From the NCBI RefSeq assembly GCF_000010625.1, contig NC_010296.1, positions 5,190,001-5,222,000 on the forward strand: a DNA stretch of 32,000 nt, in the 5' to 3' direction. Positions 18,626 through 28,400 of this stretch are shown one piece after another; position 1 is the first letter of the stretch; every line of letters starts with the position of its first letter. A program made the position numbers and the translations under genes. This DNA comes from Microcystis aeruginosa NIES-843 (GTDB lineage: Bacteria > Cyanobacteriota > Cyanobacteriia > Cyanobacteriales > Microcystaceae). The notes beneath the pieces were generated by a model. The model was not told where the DNA came from, did no database searches, and saw only the letters and a list, made by a program, of their open reading frames with translations.

Positions 18626-19258
18626 TTAGGTATGCACTGGTAAATAAATACTTTGAATCATGGTGTTTTCCTTTTTGTGAAATAAAGACCAACTCATCTC
18701 AATTTTACCATATTGTGAAATAAATTCTAAATCATATTCTCGGAGGGCATTTTCATTGGTAATGGCTAAATCTGCCAACCCTTGTTTAACTTGAATAGCG
18801 GCCACACTGGTAGAATTGACAAATTTGATTTTAATCTTATTTTGATTCAGGTCGCCAGGTAATAAATAGGGAAGTAAAGGAAGAGGAGCGGGATGAGTAA
18901 CCAGGGTACAATTTTCTAAAACGATTTCTTCATTTTTTCGCTTGGCTAATCCGTAAACGGGTGTGGGATAGGTGAAGATAAAACCTAGTTTAAACCTCGG
19001 TTCCATATAGAAATCATTAATTTTTTCATAGGCATGGGGGACTAACGCCAAATCTATCTGATTTTCGAGTAAAGATTCTTTTAAATCTGTAAAGCTATCA
19101 AATAAATGACTATTAACCGAAATCTGTTGTAATTTCCATTGAGAAATTAGATAATTTAAGGTTTGTTCACTACTGGTTTCTTTTGGACCCAAAGTGCCAA
19201 CGCTTAAGGTTTTGACATCAAGCTGGGGATAACACAATTCCATTGAAAACTTTAACAT
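18626..19258 (-). CDS. aerD: Non-aromatizing prephenate decarboxylase (BacA/SalX/AerD family, prephenate dehydratase-like fold)
   Basis: 210 aa with the N-terminal [13 protein letters not shown] motif, similar to the PDT N-terminal motif. It shows synteny with the cupin and SDR genes. Its ATG at 19258 overlaps the stop of the upstream gene (ATGTTAA). Confidence 0.75.
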   Translation of the reverse strand: MLKFSMELCYPQLDVKTLSVGTLGPKETSSEQTLNYLISQWKLQQISVNSHLFDSFTDLKESLLENQIDLALVPHAYEKINDFYMEPRFKLGFIFTYPTPVYGLAKRKNEEIVLENCTLVTHPAPLPLLPYLLPGDLNQNKIKIKFVNSTSVAAIQVKQGLADLAITNENALREYDLEFISQYGKIEMSWSLFHKKENTMIQSIYLPVHT

Positions 19259-20295
19259 GGTTTTAAGGCTCCTGAATTTTTAAGGGCGGATAAATTAGGA
19301 TTTCCGGTGCAAAATAAAACAATTTCAAGTTCAGCAATTAAAAATTTTACCAACTCATCAACGGCGGCTTCTGATTCAATCGCTGCTACGAGAAACGGTC
19401 GAGCCAACCCTCCTAAATCGGCTCCTAAAGCGATGGATTTGGCAAGGTCTAAGCCATTTTTTAAGCCCCCAGAAGCAATTAAAGGAATGGTTGAATTCAT
19501 GGACCGAATGGCGGTAATACATTCAGCCGTAGGTAAACCCCAATCGGCAAAAACTTGTCCGAGATGCCTTTGTCTGTTGTCTTTGGCTCTTTGGCTTTCG
19601 ACTTTGGCCCAGGACGTGCCTCCGGCTCCCGCCACATCAATCGCGGCGACTCCGGCTTCAATTAATTGTTTGGCCATCACCGCAGAGATGCCATTTCCGA
19701 CTTCTTTGGCGATGACAGGAACGGGTAATTGAGCGCAAATTTGCTGAATTTTAGCGAGTAACCCTTTAAAATTAGAATCGCCTCCCGATTGCACCCATTC
19801 TTGTAAAGGATTGAGATGCAGAATTAAGGCATCAGCTTCTAATAATTCCACCAATTTTAAACAGTCTTCTAAACCGCAGCCGTAATTTAACTGTACAGCC
19901 CCTAAATTCGCTAACAGGAGAATATCTGGTGCCAGAGAACGGACTGCAAAGGTCGGCGCTAATTCCGGTTGTTCGAGTGCAATGCGTTGAGAACCCACCC
20001 CCATCGCTAAACCATAGCGTTGAGCGACCGTTGCCAATCGAGTATTGACTAAATGGGCTAATTCTGTTCCTCCAGTCATGGAAGATATTAGAATTGGAGC
20101 TTTTAGAGATTTCCCCAAAAAGGTTGTCCCCAGTTCAATATCGCTACGGTCAAGTTCAGGAAGACAACAATGGGTAAAACGATATTTTTCTAAATCGCTT
20201 GTAAGTTGTTGAAATTCTACATCTTCTTCGATACAAACTCGCAGATGTTCGCTTTTACGATTTTCAATTTCACTGGGAAGATTAGGAGATGACAT
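19252..20295 (-). CDS. Type-2 isopentenyl-diphosphate isomerase-family FMN enzyme (IDI-2/Fni-like) embedded in the aer operon
   Basis: IDI-2 hallmark motifs are all present: [44 protein letters not shown] and [20 protein letters not shown] place the start at ATG 20295 (MSSPNLP...). The ORF track begins at TTG 20307. Its position between aerB and aerD may correspond to the published aerC, but I cannot confirm that from memory. Confidence 0.8.
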   Translation of the reverse strand: MSSPNLPSEIENRKSEHLRVCIEEDVEFQQLTSDLEKYRFTHCCLPELDRSDIELGTTFLGKSLKAPILISSMTGGTELAHLVNTRLATVAQRYGLAMGVGSQRIALEQPELAPTFAVRSLAPDILLLANLGAVQLNYGCGLEDCLKLVELLEADALILHLNPLQEWVQSGGDSNFKGLLAKIQQICAQLPVPVIAKEVGNGISAVMAKQLIEAGVAAIDVAGAGGTSWAKVESQRAKDNRQRHLGQVFADWGLPTAECITAIRSMNSTIPLIASGGLKNGLDLAKSIALGADLGGLARPFLVAAIESEAAVDELVKFLIAELEIVLFCTGNPNLSALKNSGALKPC

Positions 20296-20334
20296 AGTTG
20301 TTATCAAGCATGAGGGTTAAACATTAAATTGAGT

Positions 20335-23300
20335 TTAAAAATCGAGTTCTGAAAGCAGTTCATCTAGTTCTACCTGATTAAGATCCGCATCGGGAAAATC
20401 CGATGGAGTATAGCCCCCTTCTGCCGATAAACAATGGTTAATCAGGCTTTCTAAAGAATCTCGATAAGCAGCGGCTAAATTTTTGATCGTTGTTTGATGA
20501 TGAAAATTTTCACTATATTGCCATTCCATATCAAGTTGCCCATCAACCACAATTCCATGAATCGCAATTAAATGGGAACGTTGTCCCAAAGGACTATGAA
20601 TGGAACCAGTGGATTCTTGAGATAATTTCCAGCCTATCTCGCCGATTTGATGGCTTGTAAATTGACCTAAATAATTAAAGCTGACTTGAGCTTTTGGATA
20701 GTTTTTTAACGGGGATTGAATCGTTAAATCTGAACTCAGATAATATCCAATTCCATAATCAAATCCCCGATTCGGAATTTGTCGTAATTGCTCTTTAATG
20801 GACTTGAGACATTCACCGGGATGGTGAAGATTTTCTAAGGTCAAAAAGACGGGAAAAATACTGGTAAACCAACCCACAGTTCGAGATAAATTCACGGATT
20901 CAATTACATTCTCTCTTCCATGACCTTCCATGTCAAGCAAAAGCTTATAACTCCCTGTCCAATGGCCAAAAGCTTGGACTAAAGCGGTTAATAAAATATC
21001 ATTAATTTGGGTGTTATAAGCTTGCGGAACCTCCTGTAAGAGTAAGCGGGTTTGTTCTTCGGTTAAGGTGAAAGAAACCGTTTTTGCATGGGCAACAATG
21101 TTGGACTGAGCTTCACCTTGACAGTCCAAAGGAAGAGGAGAAATTGAGGGAAAATCACGGTTTAGCCAATACTTGAATTGAGCGTGAAATTCTGGGGTTG
21201 TAGCATAGTTTTGCAGTTCCTCAGCCCAAGTTTTAAAAGAACTGGTTTTAGGAGGAAGTTGCAGGGGCTTTTGGTTTTCTAATTGCTGGTAAATAGTGAC
21301 GAAATCTTCGAGGATAATCCGCCAAGAAATTCCATCTACTGCTAAATGATGAATCACAATTAACATTTTTCCACTCTCAGCCAAGGCGAAGAAAACCACC
21401 GCCATTAAGGGTCCTTCCTCTAAATCCAGAACCCGTTGTTGAACCTCGGAAATTTCTGCTATCTTGGTCAATTGTTCATCGCAAGATAGATGGGATAAAT
21501 CCACCTTTTCAAAGGCAAAATTATTGCAATCATCGCTGTGATTTTGTTGCCATTTTTCCCCTTTTTGAACAAACCGTAACCGCAAAGCATCATGGTGATA
21601 GAGTAATTTAGAAATAGTTTGTTTTAATAAATCAGGTTGTAGATTATTGGGAACCTCTAACAAGATAGATTGATTAAAGTGATGACGTTCGGGCCAGTTT
21701 TGTTCAAAAAACCATTTTTGAATCGGAGTTAAGGGGACGTGACCGATGACTAAATCCTGTGTGGTTTGATTAACCGAAACTCGCTCCGCTACGGTGGCTA
21801 ATTGAGCGATAGTTTGATGACTAAATAATTGTTTAGGAGTAATTTGTAATCCCGCTTGATTAGCTTGAGCAATAATTTGAATGGCTAAGATAGAATCTCC
21901 TCCCAATTCAAAAAAGTTATCGTTAATACTAATAGTTTTAAGTCCTAAAACCCTTTGCCAAATTGCAGCGAGAATGCGTTCTGTTTCTGTACCTGGGCTA
22001 AAATTGATGGCAGCTTCATTCTCTAATTCTAGTGCAGGTTGTGGGAGAGCGCGACGATCGATTTTACCATTAGGGGTTAGGGGAAAAGCGTCTAACAAGA
22101 CGAAGAAAGCAGGAACCATATATTGAGGTAACTTTTCTTGCAAAAATAAACGCAATTGAGAAACAGTTAAGTTTTGAGAGGCAATCACATAAGCACATAA
22201 ACGCTTAACACCGGGTTGATCTTCTCTGGCAATAATAATCGCTTCTTTAACTTGGGGATGTTGATTGAGAATGGTTTCAATTTCCCCTAATTCAATTCTA
22301 AAACCTCTAATCTTAACTTGATGATCAATACGTCCAATAAATTCAATTTGTCCGTCGTTTACATAACGAACTAAATCACCGGTTTTGTAAAGGCGATCAC
22401 TGAGTTTTTGACTAAAAGGATTAGCAATAAATTTAGAATCGGTTAACTCTGGACGGTTGAGATATCCTTTAGCTAATCCAACGCTGGCAAGATGTAATTC
22501 CCCAGGAACACCAATAGGAACGGGTTGGAGATAGCGATCAAGAATATAGATTTTGGTGTTGGCGATCGGACGACCAATGGGCAGCATATTCATGTCTTCA
22601 AAGCATTGTGCAACTGTAGCACAGACAGTGGATTCCGTTGGCCCGTAAGCATTAAAAAAACGCCGTCCATTAGCCCATTGAATAACCAAAGAAGGAGGGC
22701 AGGGTTCTCCCGCAACAATGATATTCTGCAATGCTGGCAAGTTCTCACTGGACAGAGCGGCGAGTGCTGATGGCACAAGAGTCAAATGGGTAATCTCCTG
22801 CTCTTGTAACAGTTCCAGTAAAGGTTGTCCTGGTTGTAGTTCTTCCCGCGTTCCCAGATAAAGCCTTGCCCCCGCACAAAGAGCCATGACAATTTCCGAA
22901 ATAGAAGCATCAAAGCTAATGGATGCAAACTGAAGGACACAACTATCTGGCTGCACGTTAAATAGCTTGATTTGTGCTTGGGATAGATTACACAATCCTC
23001 GATGAGCAACGAGAACTCCTTTCGGCTTTCCGGTTGAGCCAGAAGTGTAAATGACATAAGCTAAGTTCTCTGGTGTTAGGCTAGTGATAGGGTAACTTTT
23101 ACTTTCGGTAGAGATTTCTTTCCAATCGGAATCTAAGCAAATTACTTGTGCTTGATGCTGTGGTAACGAGGTGACCAGTTTTTCCTCAGTCAATAGAACT
23201 GCTAGTTGCGAATCATCGAGCATATAAGCGATCCGCTCAGATGGATAAGTAGGGTCTATGGGAACATAAGCGCCAGCTGCTTTCAGGATACCTAAAATCC

Positions 23301-25095
23301 CTACTATCATTTCAAGGGAAGGTTCGATACAGATGCCCACCAGTGTTTCTGGTTTTACCCCCAAGGTTTGTAAATAGTTGGCTAATTGGTTCGCCTTGCT
23401 GTTTAGTTCTCGGTAGGTTAGCTGTTCGCCTTTAAAAATTAGTGCTATGGCATCTGGTGTTTGTTCTACCCACGCTTCAAATAACTGATGAATACAGTAA
23501 TGATCAGGATAAGACGTTTGAGTTTGATTCCATTCTACTAATAATTGTTGTTCTTCCGATTCAGTCAGTAACGGTAATTCCCCGACGGTTTGCTGAGGAT
23601 TGGCTACAATTCCTTTTAATAAAGTTTGGAAATGACCCACCATGCGGGTAATTCTTTCGGCGGTAAATAGGTCGCTATCATATTCCCAAAAACCTTCTAA
23701 ATAAGCTCCTTTTTCGGTTTCAATTTCCTCTAAAACTAAGCTGAGATCAAATTTAATTCTCTGGTTTTCAACGGCTAAATATTGAGCCTTTAAATCAGGT
23801 AATTCTAAAGCATTGAGGGGGGCATTTTGCAGCGCAAACATGACCTGAAATAAGGGATTATAACTTAAACTTCGTTCTATTTCTAACCCATCAACCACTT
23901 GCTCAAAGGGTACATCTTGATTGGCATAAGCTTCTAAAACAACATTGCGAGCTTGCTGTAATAATCCCGAAAAAGTCGGATTTCCTTCTAGGGAATTTCG
24001 CAGCACTAAAGTGTTGACAAAAAAACCAATCAAAGGTTCAATTTCTTGTCGGTTTCGGTTGGCGGTAGGTGTCCCGATTAAAATATCATCTTGGCCACTA
24101 TAACGGAAGAGTAAAGTGTTTAAAGCAGCCAGTAAGGTCATAAATAAAGTCGCCCCCGACTTTTGGCTCAAAAGTTTCAGTTTTTCGGTGAGTTCTGAGT
24201 TAATTTGAAACGAGATACTATGACCTCGAAAATTGGCAGTAGCTGGACGGGGTTTATCGGTTGGAAGTTCTAATAAAGGAGGAGCGCCCGTTAATTGTTT
24301 TTTCCAATAATTTAACTGATTTTCTAAGATTTCACCTTGTAACCATTGTCTTTGCCATACCGCAAAATCCGCATATTGTATAGGTAATTCGGGTAAATCT
24401 ACGGTTGAATTGGATAAAAGTGCTTGATAAAATTTAGATAATTCTTTAAATAAAATGCCCTTTGACCAACCATCGATAATAATATGATGGAAAACGTTGA
24501 CTAAAATATAATTTTCATATCCCAGATCAAACAGAGTACATCGTAATAGGGGAGCTTGAGTTAAATCAAAGGGTTTTTGTAGTTCTTCAATAATCTGTTT
24601 ATCAATTTGCTCTTGGGGGATATCTTTTAAATTAATAACTAATAATTTAATCTTTAGAGATGGAGCAATTTTTTGAATAGGTTTTCCTTCAACCATTGGA
24701 AAGGTTGTGCGTAAGCTCTCATGCCGTTGAATAATAGCATTAATCGTTTGCTCTAAAATATCAATGTTTAAGCGTCCCGTTAAACGGATGGTTAGAGCTT
24801 CATTATAAGCCGAATTTTGCTGATCCATCTGATAGAGAAACCACATTCTCTGTTGAGCAAAAGATAGAGGTAACTCTTCAGTTCTGGCAACGGGATCAAT
24901 CACCGATTCAAGGGGTTTAGACGGTGTTGTTGCGCTTCTTAAAAAAGTGAGAATTTCTGGTTTTCTTGTGCCGATTTCTTGCTTAATTTCCGGTGTCATC
25001 GCTCCCTGGGGAGCTTGATATTTTAACTTATCTTCCTCAAGCCAAAGATTGATGTCTAAACTATTTAAGTAAGATAAAAATTCTGCGACTTTCAT
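20335..25095 (-). CDS. aerB: NRPS module docking-C(LCL)-A-T-E
   Basis: 1586 aa. Motifs seen:
- C domain: HHIIIDGWS at aa 203-211.
- A domain: YTSGSTGKPKG, NAYGPTE, YKTGDLVRY, GRIDHQVKIRGFRIE, NGKIDR.
- T domain: LGGDSILA.
- E domain: HHLAVDGISW.
- Acidic C-terminal tail: LDELLSELDF.
My hand-extracted code is DASTIAAVCK. Confidence 0.92.
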   Translation of the reverse strand: MKVAEFLSYLNSLDINLWLEEDKLKYQAPQGAMTPEIKQEIGTRKPEILTFLRSATTPSKPLESVIDPVARTEELPLSFAQQRMWFLYQMDQQNSAYNEALTIRLTGRLNIDILEQTINAIIQRHESLRTTFPMVEGKPIQKIAPSLKIKLLVINLKDIPQEQIDKQIIEELQKPFDLTQAPLLRCTLFDLGYENYILVNVFHHIIIDGWSKGILFKELSKFYQALLSNSTVDLPELPIQYADFAVWQRQWLQGEILENQLNYWKKQLTGAPPLLELPTDKPRPATANFRGHSISFQINSELTEKLKLLSQKSGATLFMTLLAALNTLLFRYSGQDDILIGTPTANRNRQEIEPLIGFFVNTLVLRNSLEGNPTFSGLLQQARNVVLEAYANQDVPFEQVVDGLEIERSLSYNPLFQVMFALQNAPLNALELPDLKAQYLAVENQRIKFDLSLVLEEIETEKGAYLEGFWEYDSDLFTAERITRMVGHFQTLLKGIVANPQQTVGELPLLTESEEQQLLVEWNQTQTSYPDHYCIHQLFEAWVEQTPDAIALIFKGEQLTYRELNSKANQLANYLQTLGVKPETLVGICIEPSLEMIVGILGILKAAGAYVPIDPTYPSERIAYMLDDSQLAVLLTEEKLVTSLPQHQAQVICLDSDWKEISTESKSYPITSLTPENLAYVIYTSGSTGKPKGVLVAHRGLCNLSQAQIKLFNVQPDSCVLQFASISFDASISEIVMALCAGARLYLGTREELQPGQPLLELLQEQEITHLTLVPSALAALSSENLPALQNIIVAGEPCPPSLVIQWANGRRFFNAYGPTESTVCATVAQCFEDMNMLPIGRPIANTKIYILDRYLQPVPIGVPGELHLASVGLAKGYLNRPELTDSKFIANPFSQKLSDRLYKTGDLVRYVNDGQIEFIGRIDHQVKIRGFRIELGEIETILNQHPQVKEAIIIAREDQPGVKRLCAYVIASQNLTVSQLRLFLQEKLPQYMVPAFFVLLDAFPLTPNGKIDRRALPQPALELENEAAINFSPGTETERILAAIWQRVLGLKTISINDNFFELGGDSILAIQIIAQANQAGLQITPKQLFSHQTIAQLATVAERVSVNQTTQDLVIGHVPLTPIQKWFFEQNWPERHHFNQSILLEVPNNLQPDLLKQTISKLLYHHDALRLRFVQKGEKWQQNHSDDCNNFAFEKVDLSHLSCDEQLTKIAEISEVQQRVLDLEEGPLMAVVFFALAESGKMLIVIHHLAVDGISWRIILEDFVTIYQQLENQKPLQLPPKTSSFKTWAEELQNYATTPEFHAQFKYWLNRDFPSISPLPLDCQGEAQSNIVAHAKTVSFTLTEEQTRLLLQEVPQAYNTQINDILLTALVQAFGHWTGSYKLLLDMEGHGRENVIESVNLSRTVGWFTSIFPVFLTLENLHHPGECLKSIKEQLRQIPNRGFDYGIGYYLSSDLTIQSPLKNYPKAQVSFNYLGQFTSHQIGEIGWKLSQESTGSIHSPLGQRSHLIAIHGIVVDGQLDMEWQYSENFHHQTTIKNLAAAYRDSLESLINHCLSAEGGYTPSDFPDADLNQVELDELLSELDF
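24931..25095 (-). other. TubC_N-type N-terminal docking domain of AerB
   Basis: The first ~55 aa (VAEFLSYLNSLDINLWLEEDKLKYQAPQGAMTPEIKQEIGTRKPEILTFL) follow the TubC N-terminal docking pattern (GIxLWxEGxxLRYxAPxGxLTxEL...K.ELL). Confidence 0.7.
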
Positions 25096-25458
25096 TAATA
25101 GTATCCTTTTCCCTAATTGATGTTCTGGTATTTTTGGAATGGGGGGTGATGTTTGGCTGGGTTCAGTAGCTCAAGCTAGAGCTACTGTTAGAGATATAAT
25201 CAACGGTTCTCATAAATTTAAATACCCTCAAAGACTAAACACTATGGCACAAATAAAGGTTATCAATGGCGAGGAGTGAGTGGTTATTGTTAAAGTCAGT
25301 TACTATGGGAGCAACCGCTTACATACTCCACAAAAAGACTGTTTTAAACAGAAACTATTTATAGCATATTCTGGATGATAAATTTTAGTGATGGATACAA
25401 TTTTTTACATTTTTTCCCAAAAGGGTTCTGAAAAGCTTAAATTTTAGTTAACCTATTT

Positions 25459-28400
25459 TCATAATTCTCCTTCTTCATAATTTTCTGCGGCTGTTGTCAT
25501 AACTTTACCACTTTTGGATAGACTGTGACTATTTTTGGCTACATTAAGCACCTCAATCGTTTGAGTTAAACTGGCAACGGTTGGGTATTCTAATAAACTG
25601 TGCAACGACAATTCTACCGAGAAAACATCCCGTAAACGAGAGATGACTTGACTCGCCAGCAAAGAATGTCCTCCTAGTTCAAAGAAATTGTCATGAATTC
25701 CAATTTGAGATAGATTTAACACCTTTTGCCAAATGTTAGCAACTTGACGTTCAGCTTCCGTTCTGGGTGCTATCAATTCGTTATTTTCTTTGCCTTGGAG
25801 TTCCTTGAGTAATTGCCGCTTATCAATATCTCCATTATCCTTGATAGGGAGGGATTGCCGCAGCACCAGGGGACATTGATAGGACGTTCCAAATCGATCT
25901 TTTAGACTAACATGATTAGGTAGATTGACCGATTGAACTGTAGATTTACGGGTGTAATAAGCCGTTAACTTTTGGCATCCTTCCGACCTAGATGTGAAAC
26001 GGTTAATCTTGCTATTACTCCCATCTAAACCGATCATTAATTGTCTTTGGTTGTGATATAAACTCGTTAGAAATGAGTCTAAACCTTGCCGTACTGTCAT
26101 ATCATAATACCCTTGAGATCGAGTTATGTATTGCATCTGATAACCTTGGCTAATCCCGGTTTCTTGCCAAGTTGTCCAACTGTAACAATAACTGGGGAAC
26201 AAATTCTTAGATTTTTGATAGCTGTTCAAAGACTCAAGGAAACTATTAGCCGCCGCATAGGAACCCAAAGCTGCTCCTCCAAAAAAACTAGCCAAGGAAG
26301 AAAAACTAATAAAAATTCCCTGAGATTCTTTGAGAAGTTGATGTAAAACCCAAGTTCCTATTACTTTAGGACGAAGAATTGTCGATAAACCCTCTTGATT
26401 TTCGTCCAGAAGTAAACAATCTTTGTAAATTCCAGCCAGATGAATCACCCCATTAAGTTCTCCTTGCCATTGTTTTTTCACCTGTTCTACAGCCTGTTTA
26501 ACTTGAGGGAAATTAGCCACATCTACCCCTTGATAAATGACTTCTCCCCCAAGGTTTTCTAAAGCTTGGAGATTTTTGATTTTTAAGGATAATTGATCTT
26601 CGACTTTGAGGTACTCACTCCAGAGGTGTTTTTCTGGTAAAGGTGTTTTTCCAATTAACAGTAAACGAGCTTGATAATTTTTGAGCAAATACTGAGCAAT
26701 TTGTCTGCCAATCCCCCCTAGTCCTCCGGTAATCAGATAAATTCCCCCTGATTTAAAGGGTAATTCCTGTTGGCTGTGTTGAAGTAAATTGACTTTTTCC
26801 AAACCTGCGATTAAACGTTTCCCGTTGCGATAGGCAATTTCTCTTTCCTTGGATAAAACGGATAGTTCTTGCAGCAGATAACTGACATTAATTTCGGTTT
26901 GATCCAGGGGTAAATCAACATGACGAGTATTTAACCAAGGAAGTTCTTGAGCTAGGGTTTTGATCAGTCCTAAAACTGGAGATTTTTCATAGCCAATTTC
27001 ATCGTTTTCTATGACAAATTGACTATAACTAGAAACAAATAGCAATTCAATTTTTAAATTCAGATCATGAATTTTAGCTAAAGCTTGAACTAGAAATAAT
27101 AAATCATAGGTTCCTTTTTCTAGTGCTTTTTCTAACTGTTCAATTGTTGAAATTTCTCCCTGATAGTCTTGATAAGTACCCAGATGAATAATATTGCTAA
27201 GGATAATTTTTCGCTCGGATAAAGATGCCATTAACTGTTGATAATGATTGGCTGTCCCGGGTCTGAGGGTATAGCAATTTTGACTGATTTGAGAAAATTC
27301 TTCCGCTGCTAAAACCGTGATACAGGGTAAGTTTTGACCTTGGATTTTTTCTGCTAAAGATGCTCCTAAACCCAAGCAATCCAGAAAAATTAAACTACAA
27401 TACTTGGAAAGTTCGGTTTTTAAGTTAACTGGAGATCGAGGTTTCCAAACTTTCTGGTAAAACCAATCAGGAATGGTTTGATCGTTTTCTAATAAAATAT
27501 CTATTTCTTTTAAAATAGAATTAAATTCTCCGTTCGCAAACCGTTTTGTTAATTGCGATCGCTGAATTTTACCAATGGAAGTTTTAGGAATTTCAGTTTT
27601 ATTTAAGGGGATTAAATATTCAGGATTAACCCCAAAACTGTTAATTACTTTTCGTCTAATCTTTTTCAGAAGTTCCGCTAGATGCTGGTGGTCAAAGGTT
27701 TCTGCACTAAAAAATAAAGCTAATTGATCGGTACTATTCCTAGGATCATAAACAGCACAAGCGGCGGTGTAGGACACTTCTACTTCTTCAATAGTTTCCA
27801 CTACAGTTTCAATTTCATGGCTATAATAATTGACTCCATTAATAATAATGGTTTCTTTACTTCTTCCAGTAATAACTAAATGACCGTTACTAATAAATGC
27901 TAAATCTCCTGTCTTAAACCAGCCATCTTTTAAGAAAGCGTCTTGATTCGCTTCTGGGTTTTTATAATACCCCGGTGAAACTGCATCTCCTTTAACTTGT
28001 AAATGACCAATGGTTTCTTCTGGTAATAGGGAATTATCAGCATTAACAATTCTAATCGATATCCCCGGAATGGGTAATCCTAAATCCGTAAAGGTTGCAC
28101 CATTGGGATGTTCAGGATGGACTCGTTTTAAGGAAGAATTCAAGGATAATTTATCAACCGTATGAAAGAGTAATGGCTGTTGATCCGTCGGCTGATAATA
28201 GGTAATTCCTGACCCCATTTCTGCCATCCCAAAAGCAGGACGCATCGCCGTTTTTTTCAGATTATATTGAAGATGAAGGGTGTTAATAAATTCTCCAACT
28301 GCTTGACCAGAAACGGCTTCACCCGCTGCCAAAAAGAATTTGACACAATCTAAATTCCAATTTTGATCCGGTTCTTTTTTTAAAGCTTCATTGATCAAAT

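Noticed and set aside
19307-19732. 141-aa + strand ORF (Ala/Pro/Ser-rich)
   Set aside because: It is antisense to the IDI-2-like gene, whose motifs are unambiguous. Its composition is typical of the reverse frame of a Gly/Ala-rich TIM-barrel gene.
17903-20334. Searched the aerB-aerD interval and the rest of the block for an FADH2-dependent halogenase (aerJ-like) or a glycosyltransferase (aerI-like)
   Set aside because: No ORF with a GxGxxG/WxWxIP-type halogenase pattern or GT-like sequence is present. The interval holds only the IDI-2-like gene.
21881-23651. Five short ORFs (62-91 aa, both strands) inside aerB
   Set aside because: All lie within the continuous 1586-aa NRPS frame, whose C, A, T and E motifs are intact. 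They are alternative-frame or antisense artefacts.
25164-25187. The 9-bp hairpin in the aerA-aerB spacer as a rho-independent terminator
   Set aside because: No U-rich tract follows the stem on either strand, and the stem is only moderately GC-rich. I kept it as a structural observation under the spacer finding.
26086-27379. 86-aa + strand and 60-aa minus-strand ORFs inside aerA
   Set aside because: They are embedded in the intact aerA frame and have no motifs.
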